A stretch of 64,000 nucleotides of DNA from a virus. The DNA is taken from positions 64,001-128,000 of IMG/VR virus record IMGVR_UViG_3300037258_000282; one strand, written 5' to 3'. The position numbers and the translations under genes were made by a program. Of the stretch, positions 9,058-18,452 are shown one piece after another. The notes under the pieces are model-generated. The model was not told the DNA's origin. It did no database searches and was given only the letters and a program-made list of their open reading frames with translations. How positions within the stretch are numbered: the first letter of the stretch is position 1; each line of letters begins with the position of its first letter.

Positions 9058-10761
9058 CTAGCATATCTGTGAGAAGTTCTTCACCTTCTCGAACCTTATG
9101 ATCTGGTTGAACCTATCTACGAGCTGCTCCTTATGAGAGATGACTACTATGTTGCTCTCTGACGAAGCCTGCCTAATTATCTCCATGACTCCATCTATGG
9201 CCGTGGCGTCGAGAGATGAGTCGAATACCTCGTCAAGTATCAGCAAGTTTGTCGACGCGGAGTTTCTCATCTTAGATATCGCCCTCCACGTGAAGAGCAG
9301 AGCTAGGTCTATTCTCTGCTTCTCGCCCTCTGAGAACGAGAAGTACGAGTACTCATCTCTGTGCCTACTTCTGATCTTCTCATCGAAATTCTCGTCTAGC
9401 TCAAACTGAACGGTCATCTCCATGACCGAAAGGTACTTGTTTATCAGCCTGTTGATAATGGGAACGTACTGCTTGACTATCTTAGCCTTTATCCCGCCAT
9501 CCTTAAGTAGGGCCGCCAGCACGTTGAAGACCTGCTGCCTATCATTAAGAGTCTTCTGACGCTGCTCGATCTCTCTAGACTCTTCCATGAGAGCGCTGAG
9601 GTTGGTCGTTAAGTCGACCTCACTTCTCTTTGATATTCTCTTAAAATCTGACTCTAGACTGCTTATGTACTCTAAAAGAGATGATAACTTCATCGATCTT
9701 CGAGCGATCTCTATGTTTATAGAGCTGACCATGGATCTTACCTCGTCCATAGCCTTGATCTTATCTTCTCTTCCCGAGATTTCTAGATCGATCTTAGATA
9801 GACCAGACTCAAGTTCGTCTAGTACTATCTGCTTTTCCCCGATAGACTCATCCCTGAAGTGCTCGTCTATAGGTCTCTTGCACGTAGGACACGTCGTATT
9901 CTTCTTGAAGAAATTAACGTCCCGGTTGATAACTGATCGATTGGCTTCGATCTTGTGCTTAAGTCCTAGCACGAGCTCAAGTTTTGACTTAGCGTCTGTA
10001 TAGTCCGGCTGAAAGAACGGCAACTTTTCACTCTTAAACTTCAGCTCGTCTATCTCTCTGGAGGTAGACTCCATCTCGGCCTGAGTGCGACTGATGAGCT
10101 CGCTTTTCTCGGCTAAGAGCAGCGCTACGTCCACCGCGCTCTCATCCTGCTGCTTGCGAACGTAATCGACCTTGGCCGCAACTATCCTCTTATCGGAGGT
10201 TATCTTTATAGCCTCTTCCTGAAGCTTCTGCACCCTATCCCTAAGCAGTGAGTTCATCTTAGTAAACACCTGCAGGTCGAGGATGTCTTCGACTATCTCT
10301 CTCCTCCTTCCAGCTGGAAGCTGCATGAACGGCTGAAAGGTCGCGGCTCCAAGTACTACCACCTGAGAGAAGGTCTTATGACTCATCTTGAGTATAGACT
10401 TCTCAAATACCGTCTGATAGTCGCGAGCGTCGGCAGACTGATTCAAGAGTGAACCAGACACGTAGAGTTCGAATACGCTCGGGCGCATGCCGCGAACGAC
10501 CTTATAGTTGCTCGCGCTGATAGTGAACTCCAACTCTACTACGAGGTTCTTTCCCGTGATAGAGTTTATAAGCTGAGGCTTGTTTATATTTCTAAACGGC
10601 TTTCCGAATAGAGCGAATGAGATCGCATCCATAAGCGAGCTCTTACCCGAGCCGTTATTACCCAAGATAAGAGTAGACGAGTGAGAGTCTAGCTCTATCT
10701 CAGTAAAGTCATTGCCAGTCGAAAGTAAGTTCTTATATCGCACTCTACTAAAAGATATCAC
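9058..10761 (-). CDS. 46: Recombination endonuclease ATPase subunit gp46 (Rad50-like)
   Basis: GNNGSGKS Walker A, CPTC zinc hook, FSEGEK signature, LILDEVFD, ISHK. Confidence 0.95.
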   Translation of the reverse strand: MISFSRVRYKNLLSTGNDFTEIELDSHSSTLILGNNGSGKSSLMDAISFALFGKPFRNINKPQLINSITGKNLVVELEFTISASNYKVVRGMRPSVFELYVSGSLLNQSADARDYQTVFEKSILKMSHKTFSQVVVLGAATFQPFMQLPAGRRREIVEDILDLQVFTKMNSLLRDRVQKLQEEAIKITSDKRIVAAKVDYVRKQQDESAVDVALLLAEKSELISRTQAEMESTSREIDELKFKSEKLPFFQPDYTDAKSKLELVLGLKHKIEANRSVINRDVNFFKKNTTCPTCKRPIDEHFRDESIGEKQIVLDELESGLSKIDLEISGREDKIKAMDEVRSMVSSINIEIARRSMKLSSLLEYISSLESDFKRISKRSEVDLTTNLSALMEESREIEQRQKTLNDRQQVFNVLAALLKDGGIKAKIVKQYVPIINRLINKYLSVMEMTVQFELDENFDEKIRSRHRDEYSYFSFSEGEKQRIDLALLFTWRAISKMRNSASTNLLILDEVFDSSLDATAIDGVMEIIRQASSESNIVVISHKEQLVDRFNQIIRFEKVKNFSQIC

Positions 10762-10765
10762 CCAC

Positions 10766-11833
10766 TTACTCCATCGACATCGACTCGTTATAGAGTTCTA
10801 CCAACCCAGCCTCTATCTTAGCCACGTCGGCTTCCGAAAACTGCTGTCTGTCGACGTATCTCATGCATATCTGTAGAGTCGACTCGGACTCATGTACTAT
10901 CTCTTCGAAGTCATCGTCGTCTTCACCTCCTAGAGATATAGAGAACGTATCTTCCACTACCTGAAGATCATATACTCCCGCGGCCTCCACGGCGTCGAAA
11001 AACTTATCGAAGGCATACGCGTCTGTCTTACTCTCCACTACTATCTTGACGTAACAGTCCCTAAGGAGTGAGAAGTCTCGATCAAGTTGATCTCCCTGCG
11101 TGTCATTATATCTTAACTTCTTAAACGCCTCGTGTGGATTTCTCACGAATTCCATCTCGCGAGTATCAGTGTCAAACACGTGAAAGCCACGCGAGTCGCC
11201 GTGATCTGCCCAAGTATAGTAGCCGGCTGAGCCTAGGTAGAAGATATGTCCATCTGAAGACTTATGGTGAAAGTGCCCTGAATAAACGGCGTCGAACTTT
11301 TGAAATACGTCTCTACTCATGCCGTCAGTAGACACTGATCCACGATACATCTCAAAGCCCGCGATCTCGAGATGACCAAAGCACACGCGCGCCTCGGTCG
11401 AGGCGATCTCTCTGATGGACCTCTCGCGATTGTCGTCGCATATCCACGGCACCATCAGCATGGGAACTCCCCCGAGACTTATGGTCTGAGCGGTATCATA
11501 TATGCTGACTGGATGATGCCCGAGAAGTTCTATAACTGAGGATACCTCGTTGGTGTTCTTATACGTAACGTCGTGATTACCTAGAGTAATATGCAGGTCT
11601 ATGCCGCGATCGAGTATCGGCTGAGTAAAGTCCTGCCTAAGGGCTCTTGCGGTCGCTATAGAGACGTACTTCCTCCGATCCAGGACGTCTCCAACGTGAA
11701 TTACGGTACGTATCCCGTGCTCGTCTAGGTATGGAAAGAACGTCTCTCGAAAGAAGGCCCCGCTCTTAGCGAGCAGTAGGCTGTTGTCGTTTCTCACTCC
11801 AACGTGAGTGTCGGCTATCACGGCTATCTTCAC
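10766..11833 (-). CDS. 47: Recombination endonuclease nuclease subunit gp47 (Mre11-like)
   Basis: DTHVG, GDVLDRRK, GNHD, GHLE, SGHFH; adjacent to gp46. Confidence 0.95.
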   Translation of the reverse strand: MKIAVIADTHVGVRNDNSLLLAKSGAFFRETFFPYLDEHGIRTVIHVGDVLDRRKYVSIATARALRQDFTQPILDRGIDLHITLGNHDVTYKNTNEVSSVIELLGHHPVSIYDTAQTISLGGVPMLMVPWICDDNRERSIREIASTEARVCFGHLEIAGFEMYRGSVSTDGMSRDVFQKFDAVYSGHFHHKSSDGHIFYLGSAGYYTWADHGDSRGFHVFDTDTREMEFVRNPHEAFKKLRYNDTQGDQLDRDFSLLRDCYVKIVVESKTDAYAFDKFFDAVEAAGVYDLQVVEDTFSISLGGEDDDDFEEIVHESESTLQICMRYVDRQQFSEADVAKIEAGLVELYNESMSME

Positions 11834-11881
11834 TGATCTTTACGTCGCTCGCGTTCTATCCACACTGAGATTACTATATCA

Positions 11882-12403
11882 CTAAGAGGTCGCGGTGTCA
11901 ACCTTAGTCTTCTTCTTGATCTTGCTCTTTTCCATCGTGCTCTCAAACGATCTTATCACCTCTTCATGAGATAAATTTCTAGACACTTCTCCAGAATTTA
12001 CCATGTCATTCAGCAAGGTAGTCTCGAAGTATTTATGCTTGACGTAGTTCTGCTTCTTCTCCTTCGAGATCCTCCTGATATACGCGTTCCAGGCGATCTT
12101 AGTAAAGTATGCGAACGGATTGTTAGTCTTATCTGGGTTAAAGTTATCGACCGCCGCGATGCAGTCTAAGATTCCATCTCCGACGAGATCGTAGGTGTAT
12201 CCCGCGAAGTTTCCCTTCTTAGATAAATTCGCACAGATGAGCATTATCGCCCTACCTATGTAGTCAGGAACGATGGGCCTAGACTTCTCTGTCGCGTCGG
12301 CCTCAGCGATCATCTTCCGGTATTTCACCATCGCGTCGTAGAGATCGCGATTATTGATGTAGTTTCTAGTCTTCTTCTTGACCTGAGTCTTGATCTGCTG
12401 CAA
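11882..12403 (-). CDS. 55: Late-transcription sigma factor gp55
   Basis: NYINN, PDYIG, NFAGYTY, NPFAYFTKIAWNAYIRRISKEKKQ; TTG start. Confidence 0.93.
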   Translation of the reverse strand: MQQIKTQVKKKTRNYINNRDLYDAMVKYRKMIAEADATEKSRPIVPDYIGRAIMLICANLSKKGNFAGYTYDLVGDGILDCIAAVDNFNPDKTNNPFAYFTKIAWNAYIRRISKEKKQNYVKHKYFETTLLNDMVNSGEVSRNLSHEEVIRSFESTMEKSKIKKKTKVDTATS

Positions 12404-12503
12404 TAGTTAACCCTCTCTTAAAAAAAGAAATACTTTATCCCACTTATACGTAGTAGTGTGATGAATTTGTCACAGTTTTTTCCAAAAAGTCAAAGTTTTG
12501 CTA

Positions 12504-12532
12504 TTGACAAATCTGAGGTTTGACGGTATAAT
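12504..12532 (+). promoter_or_regulatory. Perfect-consensus sigma70 promoter, antisense to flanking genes
   Basis: TTGACA(12504)-17 nt-TATAAT(12527) with A/T tracts upstream. Confidence 0.85.
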
Positions 12533-12533
12533 C

Positions 12534-12775
12534 GTCTCTTACTACAGAGAGACAAACGACGAATTACCACTGAGCCGAGGACGCCGAAGGCGGACTCACG
12601 GAGGGCGACTCCGCCCGACGTCGACTGAACCACTCTCACTGAGACCACTGCGACTACCTTACGATCAACGTCAGCCAAGATGTGGGCTCTTCTGTAAAGA
12701 GCCCCTAGCGGGGCCACTGGCGGATCCATTGAACACTGGAGGGCAGGCCCTCCAGGACGCCTTGCGGCGTCATAC
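12534..12775 (+). ncRNA. Putative structured non-coding element (ncRNA or origin primer RNA); functional strand uncertain
   Basis: GC-rich intergenic tract with at least 5 hairpins and five CACTG copies directly downstream of the consensus promoter. Confidence 0.5.
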
Positions 12776-12791
12776 CTGAGATCTTCTAGAA

Positions 12792-14243
12792 TCATATCGA
12801 GATATTATAGGTCTTAAATGGAAATTCTTCTGAAGCGTAGATCTTAAGTCTCTCGATCATGTGAAGGATGGTAAAATTCTTATGAGACTTCCACGATAGA
12901 TCGTCGGCGACGTCGTAGAGCTTCGCGTGACTCTTGGTATCGTGAAGCCTCAGCATCCTACCGATAGACTGAAGATTCTTGATCTTTCCCTTAGAAGGAG
13001 ACGCAAATATCACGTTGTGAAGCTTCTTAATATTAGTACCCGTCGAGAAAGTTCCATCAGACGCTACTATGATCGCGTCGTCTTCTGTCTCGATTATCTT
13101 ACGAATCTCATCTCTATCTAATCCATCTACCTCTCCGGATATATAGTAGACGTTCCTGTCACTACCTACTTCGTCTCGTATCATGTCATACAAGACCTTT
13201 CCATGCTTCTCCACGAAATGAAACATCACGAGAGTATTTCCCTTGAGTGATATAGCTAGATTCCTGATAAAGCAGTTTCTCTCTCTACACCTCACGAGAT
13301 GATCCATCTCCTCTGGATACTTCATCTTGAAGCAGGATTTTCTAACGTCATCTGAGTACTGAAGCACCAAGACCTTTATCTGAAGCTTAGATATCTTATC
13401 GTCATCCATAAGCTTCTTGGAGGTAGTCACTCGATAGGTAGGTCCAAATAGACCGTTTAGAACCATCTCATTACACTTGGTCCCATCAAGCGTTCCAGTA
13501 AAGCCGTACCTATACTTGACTTTAGTGCACTTCTCCATGATCCCAGTTATAGACTTAGCTTTCGCGAGATGAGCCTCATCGCCAACTACGCAAGAGAACT
13601 GATCGAACCACTCCTGCGGCATCTGAAATATACTCTGCCAGGTCGACACTATCACGTCACGATCAGTACTCTTATCGGCTCCAGCCATTATCTTATGACA
13701 GTAGTCCTCAGGAGCCCCATACTCAGTAAAATCTGACTCCATCTGATGCACGAGTTGAGTCGTCGGAACTATTATCAGCTTTCTTCCAGATACGTATCGA
13801 CATATGAGATATATCATCATCGACTTTCCAGATGCGGTTGGAGAGACGTAGAGCTCGCGCCTCTTCCTCACCGCCCTGACGAAAGTAGAGAACTGATAGT
13901 CGCGTAGCTCAAACTTCTCTGGAATCTTCAGCGTCTTGATGAAGTCCGCCGCCTCCTTTCCTGAGAATTGATCTTCAGTAAAGTCGGAAGACTTGTCGAA
14001 CTGATACCCACTCGACTTACAGAACTCTCCTATGGAATCTGCTAGCCCAGCGTATATCACGCACGTCATGGGGTTGAACAGGCGTATGCGCCCGTCCCAG
14101 ATTCCCCTCTTGTACAGGGGGGTGAACTTGTACCCCGGCACCATGAAGGAGAACGCGTCGCGAAGCTCGAATGCTGTAGATGGCTCGCAGTATATCTTCA
14201 AGTAGACCTCGTTGATCTTTACTATAGATACTACTTCTGTCAA
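12792..14243 (-). CDS. uvsW: UvsW SF2 helicase
   Basis: WDGRIRLF, SPTASGKS, GDEAH, GFTGT, QSIGRMLR; likely TTG start 14243. Confidence 0.95.
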   Translation of the reverse strand: MTEVVSIVKINEVYLKIYCEPSTAFELRDAFSFMVPGYKFTPLYKRGIWDGRIRLFNPMTCVIYAGLADSIGEFCKSSGYQFDKSSDFTEDQFSGKEAADFIKTLKIPEKFELRDYQFSTFVRAVRKRRELYVSPTASGKSMMIYLICRYVSGRKLIIVPTTQLVHQMESDFTEYGAPEDYCHKIMAGADKSTDRDVIVSTWQSIFQMPQEWFDQFSCVVGDEAHLAKAKSITGIMEKCTKVKYRYGFTGTLDGTKCNEMVLNGLFGPTYRVTTSKKLMDDDKISKLQIKVLVLQYSDDVRKSCFKMKYPEEMDHLVRCRERNCFIRNLAISLKGNTLVMFHFVEKHGKVLYDMIRDEVGSDRNVYYISGEVDGLDRDEIRKIIETEDDAIIVASDGTFSTGTNIKKLHNVIFASPSKGKIKNLQSIGRMLRLHDTKSHAKLYDVADDLSWKSHKNFTILHMIERLKIYASEEFPFKTYNISI

Positions 14244-14244
14244 C

Positions 14245-14436
14245 TCATTCCTTCCACGTAAACTTATATGGCAACTCGCTGGGTCCAACCGCCGTGTTGT
14301 ACTTCTCGCAGTACTTATTTCTGCATCTCTTATAATATAAGTGAATCATCCTCGAATAGTCTATCTCGTGAGAGATCTTATAACTCGTGTTGCACGTTGG
14401 GCAATTAGACTCCCGCGCGAAATTTTTCATATTCAA
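14245..14436 (-). CDS. Small hypothetical protein, possible zinc ribbon
   Basis: CPTC...CRNKYC; fills the uvsY-uvsW gap. Confidence 0.45.
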   Translation of the reverse strand: MNMKNFARESNCPTCNTSYKISHEIDYSRMIHLYYKRCRNKYCEKYNTAVGPSELPYKFTWKE

Positions 14437-14839
14437 TAAAGTTCCTTATATTCCACCCGCGCTCTCTGAAGGTCTTTATTATCGAGTCGAGAGCCGAGAT
14501 CTTCTCCTGCTGAATTCCGATCTTGAATGAGAGAGCCATGATATCTGGATCAGCGTCCATATACATCGGTAGGTCCGACTTAAGTATCATACCCTTAGGA
14601 GGCAGCTTCCAACCCTTGGATAGCGTCTCCTGAGTGTGGCCCTGAGTGTAGAACTCATGCTTAGCCAGCTTCAACTCAGCGTACTCATACTCTAGAACGC
14701 GGACGCGCATCTTCTCCCCGACGTACATAGAGTAATATTTGTGATGAAGCTTAGCTATTCCCAGAGAGGACTCACCGAGGTTGGTCCTGTCTATCTCGGA
14801 GTCCTTACTCCAATTTTCCATTATGTCGTCTATAGTCAT
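14405..14839 (-). CDS. uvsY: Recombination mediator UvsY
   Basis: WSKDSEID, IAKLHHKY, RGWNIRNFIEYEKFRAG; synteny. Confidence 0.9.
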   Translation of the reverse strand: MTIDDIMENWSKDSEIDRTNLGESSLGIAKLHHKYYSMYVGEKMRVRVLEYEYAELKLAKHEFYTQGHTQETLSKGWKLPPKGMILKSDLPMYMDADPDIMALSFKIGIQQEKISALDSIIKTFRERGWNIRNFIEYEKFRAGV

Positions 14840-14868
14840 GAATCACATCTACTCGACCAAACCTTACT

Positions 14869-14897
14869 ACTCTATCATGAGTTTAGGTATATGTCAA
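14869..14897 (-). promoter_or_regulatory. sigma70-type promoter for uvsY
   Basis: TTGACA-17 nt-TAGAGT on - strand. Confidence 0.55.
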
Positions 14898-14903
14898 CGT
14901 CTC

Positions 14904-15428
14904 TCAGTCGATGAGCGTCTTTATCGAGTAGTATATGTACTGAAACGTCGCGTCTGCCGTACAGAAGTCGATGTCAGAGACGTCGGTCATTAATCTAATC
15001 GACGACAGTCTTACTGGAAACGCGTCGTGAAATATCACCTGGATGTTCGGCTTCTTCTGTCCAGTGAGTATCGTTAGAGATATATCAGACTTAACTCCAA
15101 GCTGCGAGTAGGGTGGCTCTTGCTCCAGCTGCTTATAGTCATGGTACTCTAACTTATGGGCGCCCTTCATCCAATTGTATATCTCGAGCCAATTGTTGAG
15201 GTTCTCATCTACCTTGAACGTGAACTCATACTCATCGTATAGGAGGTGGTCGCCTGGCTTAGGTATCTCTACCAGAGGAGTGGGAACCATGGGAGACTGA
15301 GACGCTATTCCGGGAAGCATCGTCTTCTGAACGAAGTAGTTGACGTTGGGAGCTCTAAGAATATTAAACTTAAATCCCGTGGGATTGAGAAAATTAAACG
15401 TCTGAGGCACTTGCGAGAGAGCGGTCAT
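14904..15428 (-). CDS. 3: Tail completion/sheath stabilizer gp3
   Basis: NFLNPTGFKF, PGDHLLY, FKVDENLNNWLEIYNWM, FHDAFPV; ATG 15428 with AAGGAG. Confidence 0.88.
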   Translation of the reverse strand: MTALSQVPQTFNFLNPTGFKFNILRAPNVNYFVQKTMLPGIASQSPMVPTPLVEIPKPGDHLLYDEYEFTFKVDENLNNWLEIYNWMKGAHKLEYHDYKQLEQEPPYSQLGVKSDISLTILTGQKKPNIQVIFHDAFPVRLSSIRLMTDVSDIDFCTADATFQYIYYSIKTLID

Positions 15429-15453
15429 TAGAACTCCTTTCCAATATTTAGAC

Positions 15454-15477
15454 AAAAAAAGGGACCCGAAGGTCCCT
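15454..15477 (-). terminator. Rho-independent terminator with cUUCGg loop
   Basis: - strand AGGGACC-TTCG-GGTCCCT followed by T-tract. Confidence 0.85.
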
Positions 15478-15502
15478 AGTTACATTAACGATTTTTAGAT
15501 AT

Positions 15503-16897
15503 TTATACGTATACGTACTTTGCGCTCCCGCAGTCCCATATCCTGTCGTAGCCCTCATCCAACATGATCTGCCACTCAGTTAGATCCTCAGAGTAGCTTG
15601 GAAATGCCTTCAGCTTGTGCTTCTGAAACCTAACTCTGGATGACAGGCCGGATGGATACCTCCTGTCAAAATACCAGTAGTTCGGCGGCGTGTCGGCCAC
15701 TCTCGAGAAGCCACATCTCTCATACACTCTCCCAGATCCAAAGCGCAGGTCCGCGTAGGTCATTATTCCGGTTGGTTCGTACTCTTCTATGAACCAACCG
15801 AAGAGTCTCGACGCGCCACCGGCGACCTGAGTGTTGGCGACCGTGGTCATGCGGATGCACTCCCAGTCTATAGTCTTATCAAAGCGAGACTTTCCCATGG
15901 TTAGCGTCTGAAGTAGCTCTCCGTCGCGCTCAAGCCCGAGGTGGACACTTCCCGGACGATGACCATGAGAGTGGTTCTTAGACGCGAACTCTGCGGCTAT
16001 TTTAGAATCTAAATGCAGAACCGCGCACTCTCTGGCGCCGACTCTCCTGGAGCACATACCGAGCTTGACGCGAATCAGTGACTTTGTCAGATCGAGGTCG
16101 TCGGTCTCGAATACGGTAATCAGGTCGTATCCAGCCGCCGCGCATAGATCTCTCTTCGTCTTATGGTAGCTCTTGGCCCTCTCTCCGGTAAACTCAGAGT
16201 GCCAGTATAGGCCGCAGTACTCTATGGCTAACTTCCTGGAGTGGCACACTACGTCGAGCTCATACGGTGGGATCACGGTTCTATCAGAGGACTCCCAGAT
16301 GAGTTCCGGAGACAGAGACTGGCAAAAGTTGAACAAGGCGATCTCCGCGACAGATCGAGATGGATTGATTGTAGTTATGTCATACTCCTTGACTAGTCTC
16401 TTTATAGATGTACCTGAGAGGTCGAAGTGTCTGCCTAGTTGCGTTAGATTCTTATACTCATCATAGGCGGTGATAAACTCCTCTTTGGTGGGGATCATCC
16501 TCTGCCACGCTTTGACCTTTGCAATCTTTATTGACTCTGATAGAGTGTTTCTCGTTATATTATATCCATCGAGCCAATTGTAGATAGTATCTTGGCCTAC
16601 ATGAAACATTTTAGTAAGAGCGTGAATAGAGTTATTTTTACAGAGAGATTCAAGCTCTTCTCTAGATGGAGGATCATTTTCTACCAGATGTCTCTGGGAT
16701 GCTTCAGTCGAAGCCTGCTTGTGGTCTTTTACGGGTATGCCATATGACTGAAGCCAATGTCTTATAGTTACGTGCGTGGTATCATATATCTTCGCCATCG
16801 ATGATAGGGTAGAGCCAAACCTGAAGTACTTATCTATGAGCTCTTCTCTTGATGGTTTAGTGAATCGCTTTCCGACGCCAGTTCCTGTAGAAGTCAT
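15503..16897 (-). CDS. Hef-like free-standing homing endonuclease (HTH repeats + Vsr/PD-(D/E)xK + GNAT-like domain)
   Basis: Three HTH-like repeats, ELDV...KLAIEYCGLYWHSE...K...C...GYDLITVFE, then GGASRLF, TYADLRF, PNYWY, RIWDCG. Confidence 0.75.
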   Translation of the reverse strand: MTSTGTGVGKRFTKPSREELIDKYFRFGSTLSSMAKIYDTTHVTIRHWLQSYGIPVKDHKQASTEASQRHLVENDPPSREELESLCKNNSIHALTKMFHVGQDTIYNWLDGYNITRNTLSESIKIAKVKAWQRMIPTKEEFITAYDEYKNLTQLGRHFDLSGTSIKRLVKEYDITTINPSRSVAEIALFNFCQSLSPELIWESSDRTVIPPYELDVVCHSRKLAIEYCGLYWHSEFTGERAKSYHKTKRDLCAAAGYDLITVFETDDLDLTKSLIRVKLGMCSRRVGARECAVLHLDSKIAAEFASKNHSHGHRPGSVHLGLERDGELLQTLTMGKSRFDKTIDWECIRMTTVANTQVAGGASRLFGWFIEEYEPTGIMTYADLRFGSGRVYERCGFSRVADTPPNYWYFDRRYPSGLSSRVRFQKHKLKAFPSYSEDLTEWQIMLDEGYDRIWDCGSAKYVYV

Positions 16898-16927
16898 CTG
16901 CTATCTCAACTATTTCTAACAGTTGAC

Positions 16928-16956
16928 ATTTTATAACATCTATTAGTTGTTGTCAA
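16928..16956 (-). promoter_or_regulatory. sigma70 promoter for the Hef-like gene
   Basis: TTGACA-17 nt-TAAAAT, immediately after the gp23 terminator. Confidence 0.7.
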
Positions 16957-16990
16957 TAAAAAAGAGGACCCGCGGGTCCTCTTTTTTATT
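16955..16990. terminator. Bidirectional terminator after gp23
   Basis: Perfect 36-bp palindrome AATAAAAAAGAGGACCCG|CGGGTCCTCTTTTTTATT. Confidence 0.85.
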
Positions 16991-17009
16991 ATAATATGTG
17001 ATAAAAATA

Positions 17010-18398
17010 TCACATAAGATTGTTGATAATCAACCTTCTGTAGTACAGGTTGATCGATAGAGTGGAGGCTCCACCAGAACCCTTCACTAGACCCTGAGCA
17101 TATGGATTTGCCACAATACCATATCGGGTTTTAAAACCAATTTTTGGCTGGAATGAGTCCTGATCGACCGCGCGGACCATCTGCAGTGGAACGTATGGGC
17201 AGTAGAAGAGACCCGCGTCGAATGCGCTACTGCCCTTGTAACCGATCGTCGCGTAGTTACCACCCAGAGCGTATGGATCGATGTATACCTTAAACCTGCC
17301 GTTGAGAACTCCGGCGAAGGTGTTGCCAGTGTCGTCAACCTGTAGGTTGTTGGAGTTCAGGGCGGGGGTATAGTCGAGGACGCCGGCCATCTGAAGGGCG
17401 GAAGCCACGTCAGACGAACAGATGACCACGTTACCCTTACCACGCCTAGTGTCCTTCGCGATGTGGTTGGCCTCGCGCTCGAGCTGGAACATCAGACCCT
17501 TGAACTTCTCAACAGACCAGCGGCCGTTTGAGTCGGTGTCGAGGTCGAATACGCCGGGAGTCGTGGTGTTGTCAGCCGCACCCTGAACCGCGTTGATGTT
17601 GATAGTGCGAACCACCTCGCGGTTGATCTCAGCCAGGATCTCAGCAGACAGGATGTTCGAAAGCTCAGTCTCGGCATCCAGACCGTGGATCGCCTTGAGG
17701 TCCTGCGCCAGTTCCATCGAGTACTCGGCCTTGAGCGCCCTGGTGTTGGCGGTCACGGCCACCTTCTCGATGGTGAACGTCATCTGAGGGAAGGCTGAGT
17801 TTGAGTCGGCGCCTAGGGCCTCACCCTGGGCGGTCGTCATTCCCTGTCCGGTGTTATAGGTCGACAGTGACGTCAGAGGAGAGGTGTTGGTCGCGCCTGG
17901 AATCGTTCCAGTGAAGTTCTGTCCGAACGAGTTGTTACCCGATACTACGGACGAGAACGAGGTGTTCACCTCATTGTAGAACGTTTCGTTGGTCTGCGTC
18001 GCGCCGGTGGATAGGTCCGAACCCTGGTTGGTGTAGCGAGAGCGCATTGCGAAGATAAGTCCGGTAGGTCCGGTCATTGGCTGCACGCCGCAGATGTCAT
18101 ATGCGATCAAGTTAGGCATCGCCCTACGAACCAGCGAGATGAGGATAGGATCGAACGTATCGATACCACCGGTTCCAGCAGTAGAAGAGGATGTTCCCAT
18201 GAAGTTCGCGGGAACAAGGGAACTGGTCTCAGTTAGTGACTGATATCCAGTCATCGCGTGAGCCTCTTGAAGAGCCTTCTGAGTGTTCTCAAGCATCACG
18301 GCGGTGACCGAGCGCCTGTGCTGATCCTTGATGGGAGTTAGCTCTTCGATATCGAGCACCGGTCCCCACTTCTTTTGGATCTCTTCTCCTAGAAACAT
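17010..18398 (-). CDS. 23: Major capsid protein gp23
   Basis: LVRRAMPNLIAYDICGVQPMTGPTGLIFAMRSRY, ELAQDLKAIHGLDAE, FQPKIGFKTRYG. Confidence 0.98.
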   Translation of the reverse strand: MFLGEEIQKKWGPVLDIEELTPIKDQHRRSVTAVMLENTQKALQEAHAMTGYQSLTETSSLVPANFMGTSSSTAGTGGIDTFDPILISLVRRAMPNLIAYDICGVQPMTGPTGLIFAMRSRYTNQGSDLSTGATQTNETFYNEVNTSFSSVVSGNNSFGQNFTGTIPGATNTSPLTSLSTYNTGQGMTTAQGEALGADSNSAFPQMTFTIEKVAVTANTRALKAEYSMELAQDLKAIHGLDAETELSNILSAEILAEINREVVRTININAVQGAADNTTTPGVFDLDTDSNGRWSVEKFKGLMFQLEREANHIAKDTRRGKGNVVICSSDVASALQMAGVLDYTPALNSNNLQVDDTGNTFAGVLNGRFKVYIDPYALGGNYATIGYKGSSAFDAGLFYCPYVPLQMVRAVDQDSFQPKIGFKTRYGIVANPYAQGLVKGSGGASTLSINLYYRRLIINNLM

Positions 18399-18439
18399 CC
18401 TAGTTTTCCTTTCTTGTTATTCTTTAATCTACTTCAGGT

Positions 18440-18447
18440 TATTTATA
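18440..18447 (-). promoter_or_regulatory. T4-type late promoter TATAAATA for gp23
   Basis: Exact TATAAATA. Related NATAAATA/CTAAATA motifs on - strand also at 15445, 15500, 19705, 26835, 29256, 34859, 38466, 39934, 42734, 50796. Confidence 0.85.
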
Positions 18448-18452
18448 TACTC

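Noticed and set aside
12568-12738. CRISPR-like mini-array from CACTG repeats
   Set aside because: Repeats are only 5 nt and irregularly spaced; no cas genes.
12490-12795. ORFs 12490-12795 (-) and 12498-12779 (+)
   Set aside because: No family motifs or RBS; the + ORF starts upstream of the promoter; hairpin content explains the region better.
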